The translations under genes and the position numbers were made by a program. From positions 2,542,001-2,606,000 of the forward strand of contig OZ287068.1 in the NCBI GenBank assembly GCA_965645245.1: DNA of 64,000 nucleotides, in the 5' to 3' direction. The notes under the pieces are model-generated. The model saw only the letters and a list, made by a program, of their open reading frames with translations, made no database searches and was not told the origin of the DNA. Below are positions 29,700-41,700 of the stretch, piece after piece. The stretch's first letter is position 1. Every line of letters begins with the position of its first letter. This DNA is from Massalongia carnosa (Eukaryota).

Positions 29700-32424
29700 C
29701 ACGAAGGCATCACCCTCCACCACTAACTATAGATGGTTTAGAGCTCCCGAAACCTTAATTACCCACCAATTAGATCAAGTACTTGCTACCCCTATTTGAC
29801 CCTTTTTGACCAATCAACTACTATTTACATGAATATCATTCACACGTTTCAGTTCAGATGTAGTGCCTCCCAACAGGTCTGATTTTTACAGCAAGGTTTA
29901 ATTGAATGACATCCTCCGCATGCCCACATTGTTTGAGCACCTCGTCGCTTTCTTTTCTTTCCATTTGCATACCTTTCGTTCAATGATTCTTCTTTGCGTT
30001 TGGAAGGCCTTGTTTTGTTGACATTGCAGGGCACGCAACTCTGCTTCTTATCAAGATGAATGTAATGATGCTTTGAAGAGGAGATCAGAGACTCGACCGT
30101 GGTTTGTACGCTTACTTGTGGCTCATATCGTCGGGTTTGTCCAGCAGGGTTCTTCATCAGAGCAAGAGAAAGATGACGAATAAAATCCGTACGGGAGAGT
30201 CTCTTCTCTTCTGTTTTAGAATCATTTAATAAATAAAGCTTGTATGCATTCAGCGCAGCAGCATCTAATAAAAATATGAACAACGGTCACCAATATCGAT
30301 CACTTCGACGTTCGTATGAATAAACCGCTCTTTGTTGAGCATTGCCGTCTGAACCGCCCATGTGAAGATTGTAGTCTCTGATTGGGGCGGGAATCGGTAG
30401 GCCCAACGGCCATGAAAATGATTGATCAAGCATCAAAGTGGTGTCAGCATAGATCAATGAGTAATAAGGTATGATTTGTTGAGCGGAGTCTTCTGGAATA
30501 TCATGTCTTTTCAGCGGATGTAAATAGTACGAACTGTCAAGCTCTCGAGGATGATGACGAGTAGTCATGATTTGAACGGTGTTGTTATTCACTCAACCCA
30601 TACAAAGCACCTCATCATCGACAATTGTACTGGCCTGAAGTCCCCAATGTTTGACTTTGACCGCAACATTCCGCATGGCCAGCAACTCCGCGCGAAATCC
30701 AGTGCCTTTTTTGGCTGTCCCGCATGCAGCAATTCCTAGTGATCGAAGAGCTTTGAATAGCTTCGTGCTGGTAAAGAAACTGTCGCAGAAGAGAGTGTAA
30801 TTCAGTGGTTCGGGAAGTGTTTTACAAAGCTGAATTACCAACAAAGCATTATCTGAAAGACCATCTTTTGCTAACAATCCCAATTGTCTAGCTGCTTTTA
30901 ATTGACTGGTTTTAGTGACCTGCTTCTTTTAGTTGTTCTAGCCTATTATGAGAAAAGAAACGGAAAATAGCGTGATTTTGCGGCAAAAACAAGCGGTTTC
31001 GTGTATCATTGTCCGAAGTCAGAATGAAGAATCAATCAACTCACTTTGGAGGCAAACAAAAACGATATCAAATAATTATTCTGACAAAGACTATAAACTT
31101 TAAATCCTTTGCCAGCCTGCTTTGAGGTTATTTGTAAGTATGACGTGATCGACCTTTGAATTTAATTAATTGTTCGTCAATTGATATGATGCTTCCTGGT
31201 TCATAGTACTCCAACGAGGCCTCACGAAAACCGGTAGCAAGCGGTTCCAATTTCTTCCACCAATCAGCTCCTTTGCCCATGCCCGAAGGCTCCGTTCGCC
31301 CATTATTGAGTTTCAAAAATCTTTTGATTTGTTGGAATCGTCTAAGAGACAAAGCCTGTTGAATAGGCATGAAAATGGGCTTATCAGAGCATCTATTTCA
31401 ATAATCCTCTGTAGCAGGCGTCTGATTCATACCCATGACAGAAGAATGCCCAAAAAAACCTCTATTTCTGGTCCAGTCGTGTCATGCCATGCGCGAGGAT
31501 TATTTTCTTTCTCCTTTTTCATATGATCGTATGCCTTGATTTTTTTTCATTATTAATTCATTAAGCGTATGCATCCTAAGGATATGACGCTGTGACTGCT
31601 ATTTATGTACATAAACAACAGTCAGGAAGTGGAAACCTGGCCCCCAGGGGTAAAACCACTCCCTTGTTCCATGTTGAACGCAACGAGACCGTCCTTCTAC
31701 CACGCGGTGCATACACCCAGATCTTCAAGTGCTAGGAATCCTATAGACTCGATGAACTAGACAGTGTATTTCCACACGTTCGACGAACGTTCTCTCTCTT
31801 TAAACGTTTTGATTCAATGGAGGAAAGACTGGCCGTGATCGAGGGCAGATCGTGGTGTCGTATAATGAAGGTGTGTAAGTGTGGCCATTCTAAATGAATG
31901 GGCTTTTTCGATGTGGTGAAAGGCTTCCACCTGAGGGGTGTGGCCATTCTGAATGAATGGGCTTTTTCGATAAGGTGAAAGGCTTCCGCCTGAGGGGGGT
32001 GGCCATTCCGAATGAATGGGCTTTGTATGTGTGCCTTCGAGGTGACGAATGATCAGTAGAGACGTTGATCGTTCAAATGGCCACCGAGGTGGACTTCCGC
32101 GTTGGCGATGATCAGATATTGGCCACCTCCGAGGAGGTGTTGATAGCCTGCACCACGTAGAGGTTTCTGACCCAGTAGGCCGTATGCCTTGATATTGGTA
32201 TGACATGCGATAGTACGACAATGCTGAGGCGTAATGAACAACTGAAAAAGCTCCAGCGGAGTGTCAACAAGACCTTGAACCAGTGACTTTGGAGACCTAT
32301 CATCGATTGAATGGGAGTGTAGTTGGATAGGGGGGATATCGGCCAAGATACTCTCAACAAAATATTGATGTTCTGATTACTAATGTCATGCAGCTAAACA
32401 TTAGTGGAGTGTGATGCCTTCGTG
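29700..32424 (-). mobile_element. Decayed piggyBac-like (DDE_Tnp_1_7) DNA transposon carrying a nested insertion
   Basis: Transposase fragments PLELFQLF..TNIKAY, LSLRRFQQIKRFL, ISIDEQLIKFKGRS, LFCDSFFTS...ACGT, DYNLHMGGSD and LDAAALNAYKLY, plus a C-terminal Cys-rich domain. Stops and frameshifts are present. Bounded by a 21-bp inverted repeat CACGAAGGCATCAC(C/A)CTCCAC at 29700-29720 and 32404-32424. Confidence 0.85.
31541..32180 (-). mobile_element. 640-bp non-LTR retroposed insertion (SINE-like or 5'-truncated LINE 3' end)
   Basis: Flanked by a perfect 13-bp direct repeat CGTATGCCTTGAT (31528-31540 and 32181-32193). The T-run at 31541-31547 is a poly(A) tail on the minus strand. Removing the insert and one repeat copy restores the transposase frame TNIKAY-DHMKKEKENNPRAW. 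Confidence 0.85.
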
Positions 32425-33095
32425 CCAGCGAGAGGGACTACGGCTGACCGCGAAGCGTGAAAAAGCAACTGCAGCCACGTAGCCACGTGATATGTAGGGG
32501 TTCGTTTCTAGTGATTAGGGACTGGATTCCGCGATGCATAACGTTTCTCCGATATGCCACCCATCAACCCAAGCATCGAGATTCGTAATTTGTTCAAATC
32601 GCCATCCAAATCGAGAATACGACCTGCCTTCGGTACGAAATACCATGCTACGACAATGGACAAGTCTTCCAACTATCCCTCTTCCGAGGCTTTGTCTCCT
32701 CATCGTTGAACGGACGGTTAAAACTCGGTGATATGCTCCGGCGAATGAAATCCTATCCTTTAGCGTAGCAAATGGGATTTTCTGAACCATGAGCAACAAA
32801 AAGCCTTCTCGGCTGGCAGATCCATCCGCAGACTTCCCTGTCTTTGTGTCTGCATCAATCACTGGATCTTTGCTGCGAAGGAAGGCGATCGGATGTCTCA
32901 CGACTCTTTCACCGCCAGAGAAGCTGAAGTTAAACGCACGTTTAGCCAGAACACATGATGTGTTCTTGGGTAACAGAAACCCCTTTAAGTCAAATCTACT
33001 CTGTACTATGTTGAGCAAATCTACATCGAGATCCAACATCAACGTCATTCCTAAGAGACCGAAATTTAGACGTGTTCACCTCCTTTTGCATCACA

Positions 33096-33294
33096 CCCCC
33101 TTTGCACCAGCGCTAAACGCGGCCGTTAAATTAGCTTCATGATTTAATAATCACAAAATCCAAAATCAGCTATGACAAAGATTTTAATAAAGAAGAAATT
33201 TACTCATTTTCAAGAAAATACGTAGTTAAATTTGGATTGGTGATACTGAAAGTTTGAGACAATTATTCAAATATTAATGCTAGTGCAAAAGGGG
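33096..33294. mobile_element. MITE-like element, about 200 bp
   Basis: 21-bp imperfect TIRs, CCCCCTTTGCACCAGCGCTAA versus revcomp CCCCTTTTGCACTAGCATTAA (4 transitions). AT-rich non-coding interior; TA on the right flank and CA on the left. Confidence 0.55.
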
Positions 33295-36245
33295 TAAACA
33301 TGAATAGGCCCGAGAGGAGCTAACCACTCAGGAGCGGTTCGCAACCCGGATTTGCATGCATCTGTCGGACTCATCTTGCAGTCGGGGATCCCATTTGGGT
33401 CGTCCATGCATAAAATCTCAAAGCTCAACGTACCCACGATAGGTACAAACTGAACTCATTCGCCACCATGATTACCAAACGAGCGACCGCTAAGGGCTAG
33501 TACCAAAACCTGAACCACTAAGCTAGTGATCACTTCTAACAAATCAAACCGTCAACAAATGATTTGGTACGGTCATCTTAAATATTTGTTTGTTAAACAA
33601 TCAATTACTAACGGTGTAAGTGCCAGTCTTGGTTGATAACTATTTGAGTTTCATCACTTAAAGCTTACCATATTCCAAACGAGCTGGACGGATCCTCTAA
33701 GTCTAAATGTAGCAGTGCTTGGTTTCTTCAGGTTTTGACGACAGCCACTTAGGTATTTTCTGGAATCTTTTTCATATTCACTTTCTTAGGCAGTGTCACC
33801 TCCAGAAGCTTTGCACCTCTCAGCTAAACCAGATGAATGATAGGTCGAGTATCATTTAGAAGACATACTTGATTTGGAAACTGTACCGCTAATTGGATCA
33901 GAGATCACTTTGTCAATACATGGAACGTAGCCGTGCCTGAAGAATAACCCTAGAATACTTCGGAGTCATACTGCAAGTCATATTTAATAGCGGATATAGT
34001 ATCAACATCCATGCTCTTAGGCTATCCCAAAACATCCTGGAGGACGAGCTTGTTTTCATGAGCTTGGTAAAGATTCTTGATTCGAGCCGTATCTACAATG
34101 AAGGACTACGTGTATTAGATCCGAGTTTGCTTTGTGTTCAACTGCATGGATGACCAGTCAGCATTTAGGCTGGTTGATGGTCATACGAATGCGGCCAATG
34201 TGAAATCCGTTGACGAAGGATTTTCAGGAGATACGATGGCTTTTGGCTTTTAGCCGCTCGTCATCTCAGGAGAGATCAATTTCTTCCGGCAGTTACCCAT
34301 ACTATCCCCGCGAGAATCTCTGATTGGGTTTGGTGACTTAGGCTTCAGAGACTTCCACTTGGAAAGCCCAACGTGGTATGCAAGAATGTTATTCTGCTTT
34401 ATATTTAGCAATCTTCTACACGCCAGAAACGTTTTCATCCTTCCGGACTATCACTTCCATCCTACTCTAAACAAAACCAATCATTCGGCTTTTGATATAG
34501 AGGTATAGACTCGTAAATGAAACCAATAACGTACCAATACGTATTGAAAATAAGTTGCCTGTTTGAAATGCTGCTTGGAGACCGCTTTCTTATATCGTCG
34601 TAGCTTTCTTGCTAGGTTCGAATTTCTTATTCTCCAATGATTTCAACCTCTTCCTCGCTTTCTTGCTGGATTCCGTTCTCGTTTCCCGGAGAATTTCAGC
34701 CAACAAGATATGGTTTAGCTTGTCGAGAACCTGCGGCTCTCTCATCCAAGCGTATGTGCAGAGAAAGCAAATCTAAGGAAGGAAGCTTACATCACGAGAT
34801 GACAAGGGCTAATCGGTCACCTTGTGGAGACGAGCACAAGCGTGTTCGAGAAGGGCATCTAAGGCTCTCAGCCTTCGACGAAGAGTGACCGATTCGAACC
34901 GAGAGATTCTGGTTACAGGAAGAGCCAACCTTTATGTAATGTGTTTTCAGTGATTTAGAATGTTTTTACGCTGAAACGCATCTCGATCGCGTTCGCACGA
35001 CAAACAGAATCAATCGTGGCACAGCCTTGCCATGCCACAGTTGATTTACCCTTTATAATTTTCAAGGAAATCCTTGTTACCACCATCAATGAAACGTCTA
35101 CCGATCCAGGGTAACCTAATTACCCTTTTTCGCAACATAACACATTCTTAACCGCTGAGGCGACAAGTCTGACGGGCCGATAAAGGTGAGAAACGGAAAT
35201 CTTTTGATGAACCATGCGACATGGTGGGGGCCAGCGGTGTTCTTGGTCTATCTTCCAATCTCTATCCCCGTAATGGAATATCCAATTTCCATTATTCCTT
35301 GAGCAGCGCGAGTGAAATTTCCGTCGATGCTGGATGATATATATAGAGGCACTGCTCAGGCGTCGAACCTTTGAAGCTGTAGTACTCACGAATCATGCTC
35401 AAGACTGATGAGTATAGCATGGTGTAGTTGTAGGTATTCACGGAATTTGGCTTTATACGAATCTAAATTTAGTGGGTCGTTGATGATAGGCGTTAGCTCG
35501 AGTTAACCTACTTAGGCTTAAGTAGGCTTAAGTAGGCTTAACCAATTAATCTCGAGCGGCAGTTTCAATATCCGGAATGCAATGTAGGGGTAATTACTCC
35601 TCATGGATTGGCTCGTGGTCCATTGTTCACTCACCCTTCAGCCTTGTGACCCACTGACAGGGCATGTCGAGTGCTCGTACCCAACCGTACTCGCTTATAT
35701 ATTTGGCACTAGTACTCCATTCTCGTGGACCTTGGCACCCCCTACAGAGTGCGTAGGGAATATGGCCCAATCAGGGCACGGCATGAGACGGCATGACGCG
35801 GTATGGGAAGGGTTTGGGCGTTTGAGCTTTAAAACTTGCTTTTGGGCTTTTAGGCTTTGGATAATGCATTGTACGGAGTACGTGAATTAGGATTATCCTT
35901 TATCACGGGTTCTTCATCTTCCTGGTTATCGCCTCATTCACCTTCTTATTTCTCGGCTTGCTCCCAGCTTTGAATCAGACTGGTCAACCTCCATCTATTT
36001 GAAGCTTTCTGCCTTCCGCCTTCCGCCTTGTACCGTATATTGATAACCACAGTTCGAAGAAAGGCATCGAAGGCGATACATCCCCATATCAAACCCGGTC
36101 AATCATTCCAACACAATCCAATCCAATCCAAGCAACCACCACCCGCACACATTTCACCATACCTTTCCCTCCCAAACCCATCTTCTCAGCTTCATCCAGT
36201 GCTTCCATAACGTCCGTGGAGATACAGAGTACCTGATACTCAAAC

Positions 36246-36902
36246 ATGTTCGACCCTACGCTTCCTATCCGTGGATTCCAGTTCCTCTTTGCTATCATCT
36301 CTCTCGGTCTCAACGGCTATGGTATGTTCTGCCCTTCCGGCAATACCCTCCAATGCACTCTTCCTCAAGTCTGCCTAACTTCGTTCGTATAGTCGCTCAC
36401 TGGTACAACAACCTCACCGCGGACTATGGTTCCATCTCTGAAGTCAACTTCCTCATCTTCTGCGCTGTATGGACGATTCCCATCGTCGTTCTCCTGACCC
36501 TCGGTCCGTTGAAGTTTCCAAGCGCCGTGCCCCTGATCGCCATACTGGTGCTAGATGCCTTAACCATGTTATTTTGGTTCGCAGGCTTCATCGCATTGGC
36601 CGCCTTTCATCATGACTTTCCCTTTTGCTTTGGGCGGTGTGACAATCTGGTCGCAGCGATTGTGTTCGGTGCTTTTGAGTGGTACGTGTTCATTTGCATC
36701 CGATGTGGCATCCACAGTTTTCTGCGCTTGTAGAATTCTCATGATCTAGCGCTTATCCTGTTGTGCTACACTGCTCGTTGATGCGCATATTGCTAACCGC
36801 GCCCTTCACAGGCTCCTCTTTCTCTCTACTACCGTCTTCGCTGCACTCGCCTTTTTCCGAGGCTCCAGCAAAACAACTACCGCTCCCCCATCCACGGTCT
36901 AA
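36246..36902 (+). CDS. MARVEL-domain tetraspan membrane protein
   Basis: MFDPTLPIRGFQFLFAIISLGL / VNFLIFCAVWT / LDALTMLFWFAGFIALA / AAIVFGAFEW-LLF, with two canonical introns. Confidence 0.85.
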
Positions 36903-37429
36903 AAGCTTAATCTGCGAACAATACCTGTTAAGCATGTTTTTCTGCCGTTCTGATTTGATGTGATGAGTTTCCGGACGAGGAGCAAAGATCATCTCTCAGT
37001 AATCGAGTAATCTTTCTCCAATGCAGAAGTGCTGCAGAAGGGCTGCAGAATGGCTGCAGAAGGTAAACGAGAAACGGTCTCATGTCCATATTTTGCCTTT
37101 TTCTTCCATAAGTGTATATCGAGAAACTCAAATCCTGCAAATACCGAAACCTTACCTCTGAGTGTATGGTGCACAAACGCTCCTCCCTTCCACCGTTTTT
37201 AAACATTATCGTCCATTCAACCGTTACGATCCAATTTTCACACACGCAAACCCAAAATTTTCTTTCGCCCCTTTCATCCCTATTTCCCCCCGAACCACCT
37301 AACTTCACATTCAACTCCTCTCTCCCTTCCGATCCTGTATAACTCTCCCCCCCATCTCCACGAAGTGAACAAACCACCCCTCTCCAAATTCATTAAACTC
37401 GCTATACCCAACCACCCACCCATGTAGCT

Positions 37430-38400
37430 CAGCTCAGCTCAGCATCGGAAAACTTTATCTTCTCTACTCTCTATATTCGGGGGAACTAGTCTTACGATTT
37501 TCGGCGAGATTATTTTTTATATTAGGGGGGGAGTTAAAATAGGTATTATTTAAGGTTAGAGGAAGGGGAAAAGGGGGGAGGATGAAGGAAGAAAGGAAGA
37601 AAGACTTTCTTCCCCCAAGTTCGTCGGTTATTCTACATTTCTGCATTTCTCTCTCTCTCTCTCTCCCTCCCTCCCCCAAAACCATTCCACCCCATACTCT
37701 TCACAAAACAGATGGACGGAGCAGGTCTCGCCGTTCCAGCCCGGTTGGTAGTTTTCGTTTGTTTTCATTCTCCTCATCATATCATCCTCAAACCCCATTT
37801 CTACGCACCACCACCACCAACGAGAACGAACAGACAAACAAAAAGCAACGGGTGATCGGTCTGTCTTTTGACTAGCTACTTGTCCGTCTCCTCTGCTTGC
37901 TTGCTTGCTTGCTTGCTTGCTCTGGTTGTTTGTCCATTTCTTTGTCGTGTTTTTCCCCCCGCCTGTTTTCATCTTATTATCTAACTCTCCTAACCAGAAA
38001 ACGAACGAACGAACGAAAAAAAAAGGAAGAGATAGATGGGTGCCCCTTCTTCCTCTTCTCATCGAAAAACAAAAAGAAAAAGAGCGGATACGAGAAAGAG
38101 GATATGGAAGGAGGAAGCAGGGAAAGGAAAAAAGGATGGAGAGGGAGAAGGAGTGACGACGAGGAATGAGGAATGAGGAATGAAAGGGATAATAGATGGA
38201 TGGAGAGGTGAATAGATAGGAAAGGGAGAGAGAGAAGGAGGGATTAGAAGGGAGATGTACGGTATTGAATAGTCGTTGTGTAGTTGTGCGGTTAGCTGTT
38301 AATAATGAGTAGGAATAGAATAACATAACTCTATCTAATCCTTTTCTTTCTCTCGATTCTCTTAATCTTCCAACCCTCCAAAAAAAAGAATTAAAATTTC
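37430..38400. repeat. Low-complexity island ((CT)n, (GCTT)n, (GAAC)n, purine-rich tracts)
   Basis: Visible simple repeats, for example (GCTT)n at 37894-37920, and strong purine/pyrimidine skew. Confidence 0.7.
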
Positions 38401-38756
38401 AAGCACCAGAAAGAACAATCAACAAGAAACGAGAATGCGAATACCCCCGTTGCGAGAATTGATACATGCATCCATGGATAGATAAAATCATACAGTCATA
38501 CATAAAACATAGTTATCCTTTCTACTAACCACACGATAACAGAGAAATGGATTAACAGACTACATGCACGACAGGAGTTTTCGTTTATTCCTCTGTTCGT
38601 CGTCTATCTACCTATCAAGCGAGGGAACGTCGCCAGCGATCGAGCATACGTCAAACTACTAGAAGAATGAACCCCAAACCAGCTCCTCTCCAGAATGCCC
38701 CTTCTCTGTTCTCGCGCCTCCCCCAAAACCTAGTGCCTCCCATCTCCCAACTCCAT

Positions 38757-41700
38757 TCACCCCTTGACCCCCAACCTTCGAAAAACCTCCTCATCCATCC
38801 TCGGCCACCAGTGATCATCCTCCCATAAATCGCTGTCAGAAATAGCTTCGCCCGCGCTCATCTCATCCAATTCCTCGTCGGAAGAGGACAGCGTAATCGG
38901 GCTGTTGCGGCTTTGATGGCGGCTGTAGGACTGGCTGGAGCGGGGGAGCAGTGAGGATGGGGCGCCGTCATCGTCGGAGACGGAATCGAGGTAAGTGAGA
39001 TCTATAATATCGACTTTGGTCGTTTCAGAACTGGAGTGCTGGGTTTTAGGTCTTTTGGATCCAGGTGGGCATGGCGCATCACCGGTGAACCGTCTCTTCC
39101 TCCTAAAAGACGTCTCTTTCTTGATTCGACCATCGTGCTTCACAATCGCCAAGGCAGGAGCCAATTGCGACTTCCTGGACTTTTGCGCCTCGGCGATTTG
39201 TTTCTTCCGCCATTTGATAATACCTCTAATCTTTCCCGCTACTTCTGAGTTTTTGTGGCCGTGTCGCGAATAAGGCTGCATTGCGTCGAACTCAGGAAGC
39301 AAGCGCGTAATCGAGGGATCGGCACCATCTCTCCTGGCATATTTGGCATATGGACCTTTATAATTTGGGCCCTGTTCCACACCGTACCTCCTGTTGATAA
39401 CCAATTGCCCAGATTCCAGCAGTTCGGTAGCGGATAGGATACCTTCAATGCCGGGATTATCATCGGCAGTATCTTGGTGATTCGGATCGCGGGCTTTAAT
39501 CAACTTAATCGGCTGAATCGGATGGGTTTCATCATCCAAGCCGGCAAAATAAGGCAAATCGTCAACAGGCGCAGATGTAAGAACATGAACAGCCCCCACC
39601 GCGTCCCCGATTAACAGATGAGTAAAATCAGGGGAGAATGCGCCGCTTTGGACCCCGGCTCCCAGGCTAGCCACATCCTCGATAAATGCATCTTCAGGAG
39701 CACGAGAGGTATCCCAGCACTTGATAATCCCGTCTGAAGATCCGGTGTATAGTCGTGCTCCTTCCACGCCCCAAAGAGTCATCATAATGCCCGGGTCAAC
39801 CTCCTCTTGGTTTCTTGTATGGTCAAGTTCTGAGATGGGCTTACCATGCTCCAACTTGAGCAAAACCTCGTCAGGCTTTCGGAAATCCCATACATATGTT
39901 GCCGAATCCGTGCAGCCAGCAGTGACAATGTTGGGAAATAATGGATTGAACGTGACATCTTGCATGTCAAGAGCAGGACATTCGTATTCCATTGCATACC
40001 GTTTGAGACTTCGAACGTCCCATGTTCGCACAACGCTTCTTGTACTATGCGGATGTGAGAGTAGACTCGTACGGGCAGGAGTGCCACCGACAGCAAACAT
40101 ATCGTTGAAGGGATGCCATGCCGCCGTAAAAGCGCTCACCCTACAAGGTGCCAAACTCAGGCGTTGTTCGCTCTGCACATCCCACAAACAGATTTCCCCT
40201 TCGCGACCCAGACAATCGCCTCCAGTTTCGCCCCATTGCTGAAACCCAGCAAGCAAAAGTTGGCTCGTTCTGGGCGTCTTGCCCCAGCGTAAGCAGCCCG
40301 GGTACAATTCCCATTTGAGATTCTTTTGTGCCCGTGGAGAAGAGAAGGTGATTGAGGAGAGATTGGAGTCCGCTGCCTCTAACGATTCTGCGTAATAAAC
40401 ACGAATGGAGCTCTCCACGGTCTTAGACGCCGTGGCGAACAGTCCATTGTAATGCTGAGAAGCATTCAATTCAGTTACCAAATTATCGTGAGAAAGAGTT
40501 CGAAGACAGGTGGTTGTTCCCGAAGAAGAAACATCCCAGATTCTAGCGGTACTATCGTGGCCGGCCGTGAACAGCCGAGTACCATCTTGAGAAAATTGAA
40601 CCGAGGAGACCGTCATGTAAATCTTAGAGTCAGCAGTGTTGTAAGTATCTTGCAACGAATTGGGACCATCAGGAATCATTTCCGGTCTCGGTCTATCCAA
40701 TCGGTGATCTGGCAACTCCTCCAAAGTGTTGGAAATAAGATTCCCGAGAAGGAGATTTCGAGGACGATTATATTGTAGATCCTCGTTATTCGACGGCGCA
40801 GCAGCTCCAACTGCATAGGTGAGCGAATTGGGCGCCCAAGCGCAGGCAACTACATCGCCTGATGCCCCAGTCCAGTTTCTCCAAGGTTGGATGTTCTCAC
40901 TTGTTCTAAGCCGTAACTCGCTTTGTAGATTTCTACGACGTCGAGAGTTGAATACTGTTCCGAGCTCTCGATGCCGAAGTAGAGACGCTGTAGAGCGTAG
41001 AGGGTTATAGGCTGGATCGATGAGACTAATTTCCACCCGCGAAAAACTTGGACGACTCGGTACAGAACCGTCGGCCAAGTCGGAGAGAAAGGCTTTAATG
41101 CCACTTCGTTTCCGATTTTGTAGAATATTACTTGGATCAGCATGGACATGGTTAATGAGCTCTTGAGTTTGCCTATAAGAAAACCCTCGAGTGACTGCTC
41201 CAAGCGTTTCTTGGGCGGAGAGTGCAGGACGGACTTCAGTGGCTGGTCCATTCAACTCAACGACAGCGTCTAAGAGAGCTTGGCATTCTTCGTCTGAAAA
41301 ATCCACGTGCTTGAGAGTGTCATGCTCATCGGTAGGATAAACTATAAGTTGATCTTGCCTTTGATAGGGCCTGTATAATTCAGAGCCATGACTGACTAAA
41401 GCTGCAACAGTCTGTTCTAGCAATGGATCACATGCCGTCGAGAGGTTCCCTCGAGTTAGTGATGCTCGTAGAACATCAGACTGCCTGGTGGTCATAGTCG
41501 TAATTGGTCTGGAATATAGGCTTTCAGATTGCTCAACCGCTACGGAGGCTCTTGATGGAGGTGGGCCTGAACAGAATAGATAATAATCTCATTAGTACAT
41601 CTACTCAAGTTTTTTGTATGCTCCTTATTGATTGTTGTTGCTCACCTTCCTTTTTGCTCTTAAGTGCATTCGCGGATGGCTTCGGTGATATTGGTAAACG

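Noticed and set aside
32515..33090. ORFs next to the piggyBac element as its N-terminus, or an Ulp1-like NHW..DS fragment
   Set aside because: They lie outside the inverted repeat, have no transposase similarity, and the motif match is too weak.
34860..34930. GGTTCGAATC T-loop-like motif on the minus strand (a similar motif at about 34615)
   Set aside because: The T-stem and acceptor stem do not pair, so these are not tRNAs.
33700..35400. Possible decayed gene on the minus strand (similarly 22400-23100)
   Set aside because: No recognisable domain, so it cannot be supported without a homology search.
36955..36990. TGATGAG...GACGAG, resembling a hammerhead core or C box
   Set aside because: It lacks the CUGANGA/GAAA core and has no matching D box with a terminal stem.
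37628..38326. 232-aa ORF and overlapping ORFs
   Set aside because: They arise from low-complexity simple-repeat DNA and show no coding signal.
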